From IMG/VR virus record IMGVR_UViG_3300025691_000011: 40,812 bases of DNA. One strand, written 5' to 3'. Position 1 is the stretch's first letter. Every line of letters begins with the position of its first letter. Position numbers and translations under genes: made by a program. This document shows positions 8,776-19,287 of the stretch, in pieces. The notes under the pieces are model-generated. The model was not told the origin of the DNA and made no database searches. It saw only the letters and a program-made list of their open reading frames with translations. Source of the stretch: a virus.

Positions 8776-11700
8776 TTAAAATCCTTTATATTCTTTTGGT
8801 TTATCTTTTTTCTCATATTCATCGGCTTTATCTGATAAGCCCATAGTTTTTAATAATTGTAATGCCTTTACATAGCCTACTCGCCTTACTAAATTATTTT
8901 TAAATTTTTTGTAACCATATTCAGATTGTGTTGCTTTATGCATATCAGATGCCGTTTGCACCATTGGTAGTTGCTGTAATGCAGACCCCGAAGATGCTAT
9001 CACTCCATGTGTTACTCCATTTGCAATTTTTGCATATTCACTCCCGTCTTTATCGTTACTGAAATGATGATATACAATAGCAAACTCTGCTCCCATTTGT
9101 AAGTCTTCTAACTGCCATGCGTGTTGCACAGCATGGCTAACGTGTGTATCGCCTACTATTAACTCATCATGTTTTGCAATCTTTTTATCTCTATCTTTGT
9201 CTTTTAAAAATGCTGTATATAATCCACCCGCAAGTCCTTTCATGCCTAAGTAAAAACCTAATGACCAATAAGCCGACCCAATACTTCCATTTTTTAAATC
9301 TCTAAATATATGATTAGCTTGTTCTGTTGATAATGTACTAATGCCATCTCTGATGCTCTTATTTGTTTTATAGGCTTCTGCTAATACAAATGGGAGTTTT
9401 ATTGGTAAACTAAATCTCCTAACAATATTATTAGGAACAGTATTTACTGGCACAAAAAAGTCCTTTAAAGCTCCTATTGTATATTTAGCATTTGCCTTAA
9501 ATACATCATACCCATTTTTAGCATTTTGATAATCATTAATAGCTTCTCTTTTTTTATCTGAAAGTATTTTATCAAACTTCGCAACTGCCCTACCATTGTC
9601 TAAGAAAATCTCGTATTTAGCCGCTTTATATGCTTCCTGTCTTGCACTCTCTAATGTCAATGGGTTGTTAATATCCAACCCCTTAGACTTATAGAATTTT
9701 AAGTAATATTCAAAGGTTGCTTCAAAGGTTGCACGTTTTACTGGGTCTTTTATTAAGATATGACCACCTGCGGCTAATAAATCTAAGATAGGTATATGTT
9801 CTGCTGTTAATAATGTTTTAGGAATACTTAATGTTTTACCAATAATCCCATTGCTATTTTTGAAATTCTTAGCAAATTCTGGATTTTTGTCAATATACAT
9901 TTCATGCTCTTTTGATAATTCAGTAGTGCCTTTAGTGGCAATACTCCATGAGTTAATAGCTAATTTTTTAAGATTAAATCCCTCTAAGTAAAATTTAGCT
10001 TCTGCTTTTATATCAAACTGTGCTTCTGGACTTAAATTTCCTATATGTGGAAATATTTTTTTATAACCCGTTGCAATTAATTGTGATGGTATTCTGTGTA
10101 TAAAAGTAGATGCAGCAGCGGCATTTAGTTTTATATAAACCCCGAAATTATACCAAAAAATAGCTCTCCTTGCCCATCTATTTATGTAATCTAAAGTTCT
10201 CATATATGAACTTTTTTTACTTTCCATAGCTTCCTTTGTATGCATCTGTATTTTATTTTTCAAGGCTGTTAGTTTAGTATTATTACTAATCCAATCTTGA
10301 TTATCTTCAAATACCCTATCTTTAGTTTTCGGGTTTGCAAATTCGCCTTTATTTAATCTTGTTTCAAGCGTTCTAATTTGTTTTTTAATTTCGGCTGTTG
10401 ATAAACTTGCATATTTATTTCTCCCTTGTCTTTTCAGTTCTGCCAACTGCTGTTGCAACGCCTTTACTGTTTCAGATTGCTCTCCTCTTACTTTCGTTTC
10501 CTTTGCTATACCATTTTGTATATCCTCAATCTGTTTCTGTAAACTCCCTTGTCTTTTCAGTTCTGCCAACTGCTGTTGCAACGCTGTTTTTGTCTTTTTA
10601 TCCCCTACATAATCCCCTTTTTTTAATATAGCATTATGTAATTCACTTTTTGTTAGTTCAGGGAGTAGAGTTTTTAACTTATCAAATGTATTATCTATTA
10701 CATCATTTACATTTACTCCGTCTTGTAATTGACTTTTCACTAAATCATCTATAAGTTTTGATTTTACTATTTCCTTTGATATTGTCTTTAATCCTAAACT
10801 CTCTGCCTTATCCTTTATAGTAATAAGTAGATTATTTGTCCTATCTATGCCCTCTATATCTGCTAACTGTTGTTTTTTGGCATCTCTAATAGTTATTAAA
10901 TTTTTTATATCATCAGTATATTCAACATTACCGCCTTTTTTAGTTTCTACCCTTTTACCTCCATTTATCAATCTATCTAACTCCTCAATCTCATTATTTA
11001 ATCTCGTTTCAATAGCATCTTGTGATGACTTTAATTGCTTATTAATATCGGCATCTGTTTTTGGCATATCATCAATAAGCCTTTTTAATTCTTTCTGTAA
11101 CGCCCTTTCATCTGCTTCGATTTTATCTCGTTGCATACCACTTCGCATAGGTCGTTTATTGTTTTTAATGTCTTCTAATGCTGATTTTATCCTGCCTAAT
11201 CTTATCATCTTCCTAATATCTGCATCCTCTGAATTAGGCTCTTTCGATACTCCATAACCGGTTATAGCATCTCTAATTTCTCGCTCACTTTTTTCAGGAT
11301 ATTTTTCATTAAAGTGCAATACTACTTCATCAATGTTTTTTAGATTATTTTCTCTTATAGCATCTTTTACAGATAACCTGCTAATTGAAAGTTTATTGTC
11401 TTTATTGAAATTACTTAATATATGTTCTTTTATCGCATTTATAGCCTTTTGAGAGAAACTAATTGTTTTATCATTATTAGCGAAGAATGTATCTACTGCA
11501 TCTGCAACGCTTCCTGTAATTCTAATTAAATCAGAAATCCCTTTTATAATATCCTTACTTGATATAATACCATTTTGTATAACATCAATATCGTTGCCGT
11601 TATCATCTTTAAATACTATTGAACTAAATAATTTTTCAAATTTATCTGCTAATGCATCGGCTTTTTTTCTGAAACTACCCTTATTATTTGCTTTGCTATC

Positions 11701-14700
11701 TGTATTTACTTTAGTATTTATATCTTCTACTATTTTCTGTGCTTGTGTTTTTTCTTTCTCTTTTTTTAAACTCTCATACTCCTCTTGTATCTTAGCATTT
11801 TTCTCTGATAATGTATCATATTCGGCTTGTAGTTTTGTCAATTCTTGCTCTAAATCTTTAGGCATATCATTACCATATATAATTTTAATACGTTTAATAT
11901 TTAATGCTACAATCCCTTGACTATCTACTGCTACCTGCCTTGCATTAAAAAATCTACTCCCTGCACGCCCTGCTACTTGTGAAGCCATTAAAGCACTTTC
12001 TAAATTATCTAAATTTGTCAACTGTAATGCTTTTGTAGTCATTAACTCCATTTTTGCATCTATATCTTGTGGATTATCTTTTACCTTTTTCTCTAAATCT
12101 ACAACTGCTCTTGCTAATCCTTTCCCTTGTTCATGTAATTGTTGTCTATAATATAGCATTACATTTTCATCTTGTTCATTTACATAAACCTCGCTTGGGT
12201 TATCTTTTTTAGATAATATTCTCTCTACAATTTCTAAAGGATTTTTAAGTCCACTTTCTACTAATTTTTTACCATTTATAAATGCATCTTTCATAGGAGT
12301 ACCCCCTGGTAAGTCAATAGGTTTTAACCCTAATGCATCGTATAGTTCATTGTTAATAGACTTTTTAGTACCGATAGGATTATCATCATTAAAAATCTCT
12401 TTTGTTTTCTCGGATGTATTCCCGTTTTTAGCATAATCAAAAAGCATATCAAATTTAGCTTTAGATACCCCCCCATTGTTTTCATTGGAATAAATTTTTC
12501 TAATATCACTTTCTGAATACCCATTATCAAGTGCGAATTTAATATCGTCAATAATATCTTTATTTTTCTCATTCTCGACCCCGTCACCCACTGCCATAAA
12601 CAAAGGTTGTCCGTGTTGTGGATTATTACTATCAATACTTTCCCTTGCCCCCTTAATCTCTTTTCCACTAAACAACTTATCCAATGTCATATCGGCAAAG
12701 TCATCCGCACTCATTCCCTTGTAAATGTCTGCACCGAGTAACTGTTTTACATTATTCCAATACTCTTTTAATACTTCCCTTACTTTACCTAACATACTTT
12801 TACTATCTGCTTTGGCTATTCTCTCACGCCAATTTACAGCACCTTTCTTGCCTGTTAATCTACTATAAACCTCATCGGCTATTTGGTTGTCGGTTTTTAG
12901 ATTAGCATAGTTTGGGTCGTTCTTCACCTCGTTCCATAATGCAGTATTTTTAACTGCATCAACCATTTTAGCCCAAAGTTTAGGGTTGGTCTTTTGTATT
13001 ACTTGATTAAATAAGTGTGTATGTTCGTGGATATGGCTATTGGCGTTTATCTTTTTGGGATTAAGATACATTGAGCCATCAGGCAATACCGCTCCGTAAA
13101 CTGTGCCGTCTGGGTATTGCATGAATTGTATATCGTCCTGTATTTCTCTTATCCTTTCTACGATTTCAAAAAGATTATCATCCAAATTCGCATAACTATC
13201 TTTTAATCCAAATTCGGCATAAGTTTCATTTATATCTATACCTGACTCTTTTCCTACAACAACAGAAATTAAATAAGTATCTTCTTCTACATTAGACAAT
13301 CTATGTTCGTGATTTGATACACGAATTACAATATCCCTACCATTTATCTTTTTCCCTGTCCAGTAATATTTAGATGTTAATCCTACTCTACTATCTTTGT
13401 TTTTTGTGAGGTTTCTAAATAATGTTTCCGCTATTGTTTTTACGCTTTCTTCTTTATTTTCTAATAAATTTGTAATAGTATCAAAAGCCTCATATACTTC
13501 TTGCCTACTGTAATATGGCTCTGCAAACGAAAACCTCACACCCTCTACATCTTTATCAGACAACCCAAGTTCTTTAGCTATCTTTTTGAACTTATTCCAA
13601 TCGCTAAACACTCTTACCGCCCCTCCAAAGGCTTTGTTAAGTCTATCTAATAGCGTTTTGCTTTGGGCTTCGGTGATAGGTTCAAAATCAGTTTCGCTTT
13701 TCCATGTTTCTGCACCTTTCTCGCCTAAAATTTGGAAACGGATGTCATTACCTTTTTTTGATTTGTCTTCTTCTCTGTTAGGTTTTGTATCGTTTTTAGT
13801 TGTTTCTGTATTGGTAGCATCTTTATCATAAACTTCGCTTTGTTTGTTAAGTTTTTCATAGTATTTATTTAAGTCGTTTTCAAAGTTATTTAATTTTTCT
13901 ATTGCTTTATCTTTCTCTAAATCATTGGAATTGCTATTTTTTATTTTTTTCCTTGCATTGTTTATCGCATCTAACGTTCTTAATACCATATCTTGTATAG
14001 ACTTAGGCTCTAACATTATACCCTTATCCATTAAGTCCATAGTATCAAATACCTCATCGGGCATAGTTTCTAATATATACCCTATGCTATCGCCATACTC
14101 TGTTTTTACTTCTGTTTTTACATGGGCTTCGTCTTGCCTTTTGTCTGTTTCTTTTGCGTTCTCTCTTGACTCATCAAAAGATTGGTTATTCTTCTTTATA
14201 GCTATATCCAATGCAATATCAGCATCCCTATTTGTCCTTTCTTCCCCTTTTTCATTCTTATATGTGTAGCTTATAACATTGCCGTCTTTATCATGGTTTA
14301 TACTTACTAATTCTTGTTTCTCATTATCTACTTGTACTGTGTTATTATCAACAGTTATTTTAGGTTCAGTTTTTATTTTAACTCCTAATTCGGAAATATC
14401 TTTTTTTACAAAATCATCATCTGTTGTCTTTCCTAATTCAATATCTTTTTTATCTCCTTTAAATATAACATTATTCTCATTATCTACTACTATATTTCCT
14501 TTATCACCGTTATACTCAACTTTATTATTTACAATATCTAATATACCTACCTTTGGTTGTTTAGTTTGCTGTTGTTCTGATACCTTTATAGGTTCTACCT
14601 TTGATTGTTCAACGGATATAGGTTCTACCTTTGGTTGTTCAGATACTTTCGGCTGTTCCACCTTTGGTTGTTCAATGGTGTGTGGCTCTATCTTTGGTTG

Positions 14701-17700
14701 TTCAGATACCTTTTTCAATTCTAAATTTAATGAACTTATCTTTTCATCTACTTTCTGTTTTTCTATTTTCGATATTATACCTTTTTTATCTTTTAATAAA
14801 TCAGATTTCATTTGCAACTCCTCTATTTCCTTTTTTATTCTATCTACTGTACCACTATTTTGTTGCTCTACTTTTGGTTGTTCCTCTTGTGATGTTTTTG
14901 GTTGTTCCGCTTTTTGTTTTTCTGTTGGCTCTGCATTTCCTCCTCCCAATCCATTATCGTTTGGTTTGCTTTCTTGAACTCCCTCGCTGTCATTTTGTTT
15001 TTCCCCTGTGTTAGCAGGTTTAGTTGATGTAATTTCATTATTATCTGTTTTTATCGTTTTATCTTGTTCTGATTTATCTTCGCTTGTAATATTTATTATT
15101 TTACCATTGCTTTTTATATCCTCCGCTTTATCAATAGGCACAAGCTCACCACTATCATTTGTAACATTACCATTATTATCTACTTTATAAACTTCTTTAT
15201 CATGTAATATAACATCGCCTTTATGTGTGTTTGTTATAGAACTTGCAAGTTTATCTATCTCACCTTTAAATGCATCGTAAAAGTCTTTTTCCTCTCCTGA
15301 TAATTTTATACCTCTTACATTTTTATTTGCAATATCAACCTTTGTTTTTGTTAATGTTCCCGAACCCTCTTTTGCAGTTGCAGTTCCAATGGTAGTATTT
15401 TGTTGTTCTTTACTTTTAGCATCCGAAAATACATCATTTACGACTTTATCTTGTTCATTATTTACTACATTTACTTCCTGTGTTAAGTCATTTTGTACAT
15501 TCTCAAAAATATCCTTATTTCTGCCTTTCATTTTTGACTTAACATAGTTTATCCATTCGGTAGCAAGTGTAGCTTTTTTTTCATTTTCACCGTGACCTTT
15601 AGTAAATAATGTAAAGTATGTCCCTAATGATAAATAATTTAATGCCTTTACTAAATCCTCATCCAAATCACCGTATTTCTCTTTTACGCCTTTTATAAAT
15701 TCTTCTGAATTTCCGCTATGCTGATACTGTTCGGCTAATTCATTAAACTCCATTTTTACACCCTCTGATAATGTCCTACCCGTAATACCGGAAATAGTTT
15801 TAGTTAGCAAGTTTGGTTTTATGCCTGTCAATGCAGATAATCCTTTTTCTAATGGGTTTGCAAGATACCCACCGACCCCAAAAGTTACACCCGTTTTAAA
15901 TCCCTCTCCAAAATGCTGTTCCCCTCTTAATCTATTATTAGCTTGGTTTAATGCTTCCATACTAATCCCCTCTTTTGCTAATGCATCAACTTTCGGGAAT
16001 ACCTTACTTATTGGCGTATATATCTTACTAAGTAATGGTTGTTCTTTAATTACATAATCTACTGTCTTAGCTACTTTAGTTACTGCCTTTGCTAATTCTG
16101 TGCCTTTCATTATATTGCCAGCACTTGCTAAAATTGGTGATGTAATTAATGATGTAGCCGCTAATTCAGTTACAAACTCTGCCGTTTCCCCTATCGTTGC
16201 TCCTACTTTTTCAGATAACTGCCCTTTGTCTTTCCCTAATGTTCTTGTTTGTAATATTTCTTCTTGTGTTTTATCTTTTGGTGATATACCAGCCTCCTGC
16301 ATTACCCCTTGTGCCTTTATAGCATCTTCTTGTGATGTATTATGCTGTGTGGTTTGCGAAACTCCATCGGCAAACTTTAATACTGCTGTTTTTAAAAAAC
16401 CATCTGTATTGTTATTACTTTTATTTATAGCAACGTATGTAGATATTGCATCTAACTCACCCTCTAAGTTTTTTATTTTCTTTGTTACACCATCGTCATA
16501 ATGTGGTATTCTTTGCGCTATTGATTGACCTACTTTATCAATAATACCAGTACCGGCTTTCTTTTTTAATTCATTTAATTGCGTGTATTTTACACCGTAC
16601 AATACTCTTAATTTATCTAAATCAGACATATTGCTCTTAATCACTCCGCTATTTTCTAATTCCGAAACATCAGAAATTATATTTTGCTTATGTTCGTCAA
16701 TAACTGATTTATCATTCAATACATCTTCTTTCTTAGCCTTTAATGTAGTGATGTTATTCTTTAATAATTGCTTATCATTATCGGTTAGCGGTACTTCTTT
16801 TGTTAAGTTAGAATTTATTGGAAAACCAAATTGAGAAAGTGACGGATTATCTTCTGTTACAGTCTTAACCCCTGATGCTAATTGTTTTTGCATCTTTTCA
16901 ATATCAGCATCAATATCAGCATTTCTTTTTATATATAACTTGTCGTTTTTTGTTTGTAATTCTGATAATTCTGTTTGATATTGTTTAGATAGTTCCGTAT
17001 TGCCATAGTTATTAGCTGCTGTAACCCATTTTTTTAAATTATCAATTTTAGTATTAATATCATATATATGTTTATCGGTGTCGCTTAATCTACTTTTAAT
17101 ATCATCTTCGGTTAATATTTTAGCATAATCAACTTGGTCTTTTTCGGTATCTCCTGCTGTTGCATCGAGTGCGTTCTTTTTAAATAAAATATCTGCCCCT
17201 TTAAATGTAGTATTGTCTTCTTTTTTGTTTTTATTGATAGGCTCAATCGTTGGTTCGATTTGTTTTTCAGGAACTTTTGTTTTATTATCAGTAGCAATAT
17301 TTTTCGCTTTTTGTATAATATCATTCACTCCCGATACATCATTATATCCGTTCCCTTTTTGTTTAGTTCCAATAATTTGAACATTATTTTTATTTGGTGC
17401 ATTGTCTTTTTTATCTTGTTCAAATGCTTGTTCAAATGCTTTTGTATTACCCTTAACACCAACAGAACTAAATGTATTATTCGATTGCTGTGTAGGTTTC
17501 GCTATTGATTGTGGTGTTTGAACCGTAGGTGACGTGGATTGTACATTTGAAGTAGATACGGATTGGGAAGTATTTGTTGTAGATTTTTGTTGCTGTTCTT
17601 GCGAACCAACTTGTGTATTTATTTTTTTTTTTGATATTAACTCTTTAAACTGGTCAGGAGTTCTATCAAAGCCATCTACATTATCTTTTAATACACTATA

Positions 17701-17823
17701 TACTTTATCGGAATAGCTACTTGATTTCATTAACTCTCTAAATTGTTCAGGAGTTCTATCAAAGCCATCCATATTATCTTTTAATACACTGTATATCTTA
17801 TCTAAATATTCTTGTTCTGCCAT
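8776..17823 (-). CDS. Giant putative ejection (internal virion) polyvalent protein with zincin-like metallopeptidase domain (3015 aa)
   Basis: Follows two small ejection-type genes; mostly helical/coiled-coil; HEHTH (HExxH) at 13015-13029 preceded by DGTVYGAVLPDGSMYLNP. Confidence 0.7.
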   Translation of the reverse strand: MAEQEYLDKIYSVLKDNMDGFDRTPEQFRELMKSSSYSDKVYSVLKDNVDGFDRTPDQFKELISKKKINTQVGSQEQQQKSTTNTSQSVSTSNVQSTSPTVQTPQSIAKPTQQSNNTFSSVGVKGNTKAFEQAFEQDKKDNAPNKNNVQIIGTKQKGNGYNDVSGVNDIIQKAKNIATDNKTKVPEKQIEPTIEPINKNKKEDNTTFKGADILFKKNALDATAGDTEKDQVDYAKILTEDDIKSRLSDTDKHIYDINTKIDNLKKWVTAANNYGNTELSKQYQTELSELQTKNDKLYIKRNADIDADIEKMQKQLASGVKTVTEDNPSLSQFGFPINSNLTKEVPLTDNDKQLLKNNITTLKAKKEDVLNDKSVIDEHKQNIISDVSELENSGVIKSNMSDLDKLRVLYGVKYTQLNELKKKAGTGIIDKVGQSIAQRIPHYDDGVTKKIKNLEGELDAISTYVAINKSNNNTDGFLKTAVLKFADGVSQTTQHNTSQEDAIKAQGVMQEAGISPKDKTQEEILQTRTLGKDKGQLSEKVGATIGETAEFVTELAATSLITSPILASAGNIMKGTELAKAVTKVAKTVDYVIKEQPLLSKIYTPISKVFPKVDALAKEGISMEALNQANNRLRGEQHFGEGFKTGVTFGVGGYLANPLEKGLSALTGIKPNLLTKTISGITGRTLSEGVKMEFNELAEQYQHSGNSEEFIKGVKEKYGDLDEDLVKALNYLSLGTYFTLFTKGHGENEKKATLATEWINYVKSKMKGRNKDIFENVQNDLTQEVNVVNNEQDKVVNDVFSDAKSKEQQNTTIGTATAKEGSGTLTKTKVDIANKNVRGIKLSGEEKDFYDAFKGEIDKLASSITNTHKGDVILHDKEVYKVDNNGNVTNDSGELVPIDKAEDIKSNGKIINITSEDKSEQDKTIKTDNNEITSTKPANTGEKQNDSEGVQESKPNDNGLGGGNAEPTEKQKAEQPKTSQEEQPKVEQQNSGTVDRIKKEIEELQMKSDLLKDKKGIISKIEKQKVDEKISSLNLELKKVSEQPKIEPHTIEQPKVEQPKVSEQPKVEPISVEQSKVEPIKVSEQQQTKQPKVGILDIVNNKVEYNGDKGNIVVDNENNVIFKGDKKDIELGKTTDDDFVKKDISELGVKIKTEPKITVDNNTVQVDNEKQELVSINHDKDGNVISYTYKNEKGEERTNRDADIALDIAIKKNNQSFDESRENAKETDKRQDEAHVKTEVKTEYGDSIGYILETMPDEVFDTMDLMDKGIMLEPKSIQDMVLRTLDAINNARKKIKNSNSNDLEKDKAIEKLNNFENDLNKYYEKLNKQSEVYDKDATNTETTKNDTKPNREEDKSKKGNDIRFQILGEKGAETWKSETDFEPITEAQSKTLLDRLNKAFGGAVRVFSDWNKFKKIAKELGLSDKDVEGVRFSFAEPYYSRQEVYEAFDTITNLLENKEESVKTIAETLFRNLTKNKDSRVGLTSKYYWTGKKINGRDIVIRVSNHEHRLSNVEEDTYLISVVVGKESGIDINETYAEFGLKDSYANLDDNLFEIVERIREIQDDIQFMQYPDGTVYGAVLPDGSMYLNPKKINANSHIHEHTHLFNQVIQKTNPKLWAKMVDAVKNTALWNEVKNDPNYANLKTDNQIADEVYSRLTGKKGAVNWRERIAKADSKSMLGKVREVLKEYWNNVKQLLGADIYKGMSADDFADMTLDKLFSGKEIKGARESIDSNNPQHGQPLFMAVGDGVENEKNKDIIDDIKFALDNGYSESDIRKIYSNENNGGVSKAKFDMLFDYAKNGNTSEKTKEIFNDDNPIGTKKSINNELYDALGLKPIDLPGGTPMKDAFINGKKLVESGLKNPLEIVERILSKKDNPSEVYVNEQDENVMLYYRQQLHEQGKGLARAVVDLEKKVKDNPQDIDAKMELMTTKALQLTNLDNLESALMASQVAGRAGSRFFNARQVAVDSQGIVALNIKRIKIIYGNDMPKDLEQELTKLQAEYDTLSEKNAKIQEEYESLKKEKEKTQAQKIVEDINTKVNTDSKANNKGSFRKKADALADKFEKLFSSIVFKDDNGNDIDVIQNGIISSKDIIKGISDLIRITGSVADAVDTFFANNDKTISFSQKAINAIKEHILSNFNKDNKLSISRLSVKDAIRENNLKNIDEVVLHFNEKYPEKSEREIRDAITGYGVSKEPNSEDADIRKMIRLGRIKSALEDIKNNKRPMRSGMQRDKIEADERALQKELKRLIDDMPKTDADINKQLKSSQDAIETRLNNEIEELDRLINGGKRVETKKGGNVEYTDDIKNLITIRDAKKQQLADIEGIDRTNNLLITIKDKAESLGLKTISKEIVKSKLIDDLVKSQLQDGVNVNDVIDNTFDKLKTLLPELTKSELHNAILKKGDYVGDKKTKTALQQQLAELKRQGSLQKQIEDIQNGIAKETKVRGEQSETVKALQQQLAELKRQGRNKYASLSTAEIKKQIRTLETRLNKGEFANPKTKDRVFEDNQDWISNNTKLTALKNKIQMHTKEAMESKKSSYMRTLDYINRWARRAIFWYNFGVYIKLNAAAASTFIHRIPSQLIATGYKKIFPHIGNLSPEAQFDIKAEAKFYLEGFNLKKLAINSWSIATKGTTELSKEHEMYIDKNPEFAKNFKNSNGIIGKTLSIPKTLLTAEHIPILDLLAAGGHILIKDPVKRATFEATFEYYLKFYKSKGLDINNPLTLESARQEAYKAAKYEIFLDNGRAVAKFDKILSDKKREAINDYQNAKNGYDVFKANAKYTIGALKDFFVPVNTVPNNIVRRFSLPIKLPFVLAEAYKTNKSIRDGISTLSTEQANHIFRDLKNGSIGSAYWSLGFYLGMKGLAGGLYTAFLKDKDRDKKIAKHDELIVGDTHVSHAVQHAWQLEDLQMGAEFAIVYHHFSNDKDGSEYAKIANGVTHGVIASSGSALQQLPMVQTASDMHKATQSEYGYKKFKNNLVRRVGYVKALQLLKTMGLSDKADEYEKKDKPKEYKGF
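10421..10584. repeat. Perfect 41-nt direct repeat inside the giant gene (copies 10421-10461 and 10544-10584)
   Basis: CTCCCTTGTCTTTTCAGTTCTGCCAACTGCTGTTGCAACGC occurs twice, 123 nt apart, encoding ALQQQLAELKRQG. Confidence 0.95.
14555..14715 (-). repeat. Low-complexity EQPK(V) repeat linker
   Basis: KVSEQPKIEPHTIEQPKVEQPKVSEQPKVEPISVEQSKVEPIKVSEQQQTKQPKV in the giant protein. Confidence 0.85.
17635..17808 (-). repeat. N-terminal 31-aa tandem repeat of the giant protein (2 copies)
   Basis: DKIYSVLKDNMDGFDRTPEQFRELM and DKVYSVLKDNVDGFDRTPDQFKELI. Confidence 0.9.
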
Positions 17824-17827
17824 GTTG

Positions 17828-19285
17828 TTATTTATTTAAGTCAATATTTGTTTTAAATTTACCTTTACTACTACTCCCGTTATTACTATTGCTTTTCCCA
17901 CTACTGCTACTACTACTACTTGAATTTGTTACTTTTTTGCCTACTGGAATATCGTTTATAGTTTTATCCTTATTTGGGTCTAAACCGCTTGTTTTAGATT
18001 TTGATATTACCGATTCTGCTGATTTCCCTATTAATCCATTAGATAAGTATTCGGCTGAATTATTATTTGCTTTCTCTAAGTGTTTTTCCCCTGTTTGTTC
18101 GTCAACATAATAAATATAATAATCATCTTTATTTACTGGTAATTTATTACCTTTTCTCGTTACTGTGTATGGCGTAGGAGTTATTTCATACTCCTTATCA
18201 AAGTTTTTAAATTTCTTACCTTTTATAGCATCACTACCTTTCACCCATATTAATTGATTATTATTAGTTCCTCCTTTTGTATAACTATCTATGAATATTT
18301 GTTGTGCTGATGCAGAACCATTATTCGCTAATTGCAAACCCTCTTTTATATTAAATTCAGATGGGTTGCCTTGCGCTTTTGCATCTTTAGTCTTAGTATA
18401 TTCAAATTGTCTGTTCATTCGGGCTTCTTTCGTATTAAATTGTCTTGCCCTCTCGCTCCTATCTAATGTTTTATTATCATCATACAATGAAACTGGGTTA
18501 AATTGGGATAACCAAGTAGCGGCTCTTTTTGCTACATCATCAGGAGTTACCCTACCTTGCTCTATATAAGTAGCGGCTGAACCAATTAAAGGGTCAACCT
18601 GCTTTTGCAGTATTCCACTAATAGCTGTTTGTGCATCATCAGCCGTTTGTTTTGTATTAAACACTTTACTATATGGAGCAAGTTGTCCTTTTAGATTATC
18701 TGTAAATTCCTTATCCCAAATTCTCTCTAAATTAACTGGAGTTTGTACTAATGATAAATCTTGCTGTACGGCATCTGCCAATGGCATATTGTATATACTT
18801 TTATATTTCTCCATGCTTTTACCAAAGTCAATAGTTTCATCTTTTTGACTTCCAACAATTCCCGTTTGAAAGTCTTTTAACTTGTGATTTAAACTTCTGC
18901 TTGCAGTAAAAAACTCTTTTAGTTCTTGCATTTTCTGTGTCATATCTAAAAAAGCAGATGGATTTGATGCCATATCAAAAGGGTTAATTCCCTTATCGGA
19001 GTATTCTTTAATATCTTTGAATAAGTTATTAATTCTGTCGGATGCTTCTATATGGTCAATAGGTCTTATTTCTGTTTGATTAAAATCAAGTTTCCCGTAC
19101 CAATTCTTAGCATTATCGGCTATTTGTTTATCCTTTGCAACCTTAGCAATAGCATTATTTTTAATGCTTGCTTGTTTAGCTTGGTTAAGTATATGAATAT
19201 TATCTCTTGCGCCTTTATTATCTAATAAAAACGCATCACCCTCTCCTGCTCTTTGTGTACTTGCTATTGGAATATTACCCCCCAT
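17828..19285 (-). CDS. Putative ejection / internal virion protein (485 aa)
   Basis: Middle gene of a small-medium-giant triplet after the tail genes, as in podovirus ejection operons; helical, Q/A/K-rich. Confidence 0.55.
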   Translation of the reverse strand: MGGNIPIASTQRAGEGDAFLLDNKGARDNIHILNQAKQASIKNNAIAKVAKDKQIADNAKNWYGKLDFNQTEIRPIDHIEASDRINNLFKDIKEYSDKGINPFDMASNPSAFLDMTQKMQELKEFFTASRSLNHKLKDFQTGIVGSQKDETIDFGKSMEKYKSIYNMPLADAVQQDLSLVQTPVNLERIWDKEFTDNLKGQLAPYSKVFNTKQTADDAQTAISGILQKQVDPLIGSAATYIEQGRVTPDDVAKRAATWLSQFNPVSLYDDNKTLDRSERARQFNTKEARMNRQFEYTKTKDAKAQGNPSEFNIKEGLQLANNGSASAQQIFIDSYTKGGTNNNQLIWVKGSDAIKGKKFKNFDKEYEITPTPYTVTRKGNKLPVNKDDYYIYYVDEQTGEKHLEKANNNSAEYLSNGLIGKSAESVISKSKTSGLDPNKDKTINDIPVGKKVTNSSSSSSSSGKSNSNNGSSSKGKFKTNIDLNK

Positions 19286-19287
19286 AA

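Noticed and set aside
8776-17823. Giant protein as a crAss-type virion RNA polymerase
   Set aside because: No DFDID/DxDxD catalytic motif in a double-psi beta-barrel context was seen; DADID and DLDED occur in helical regions.
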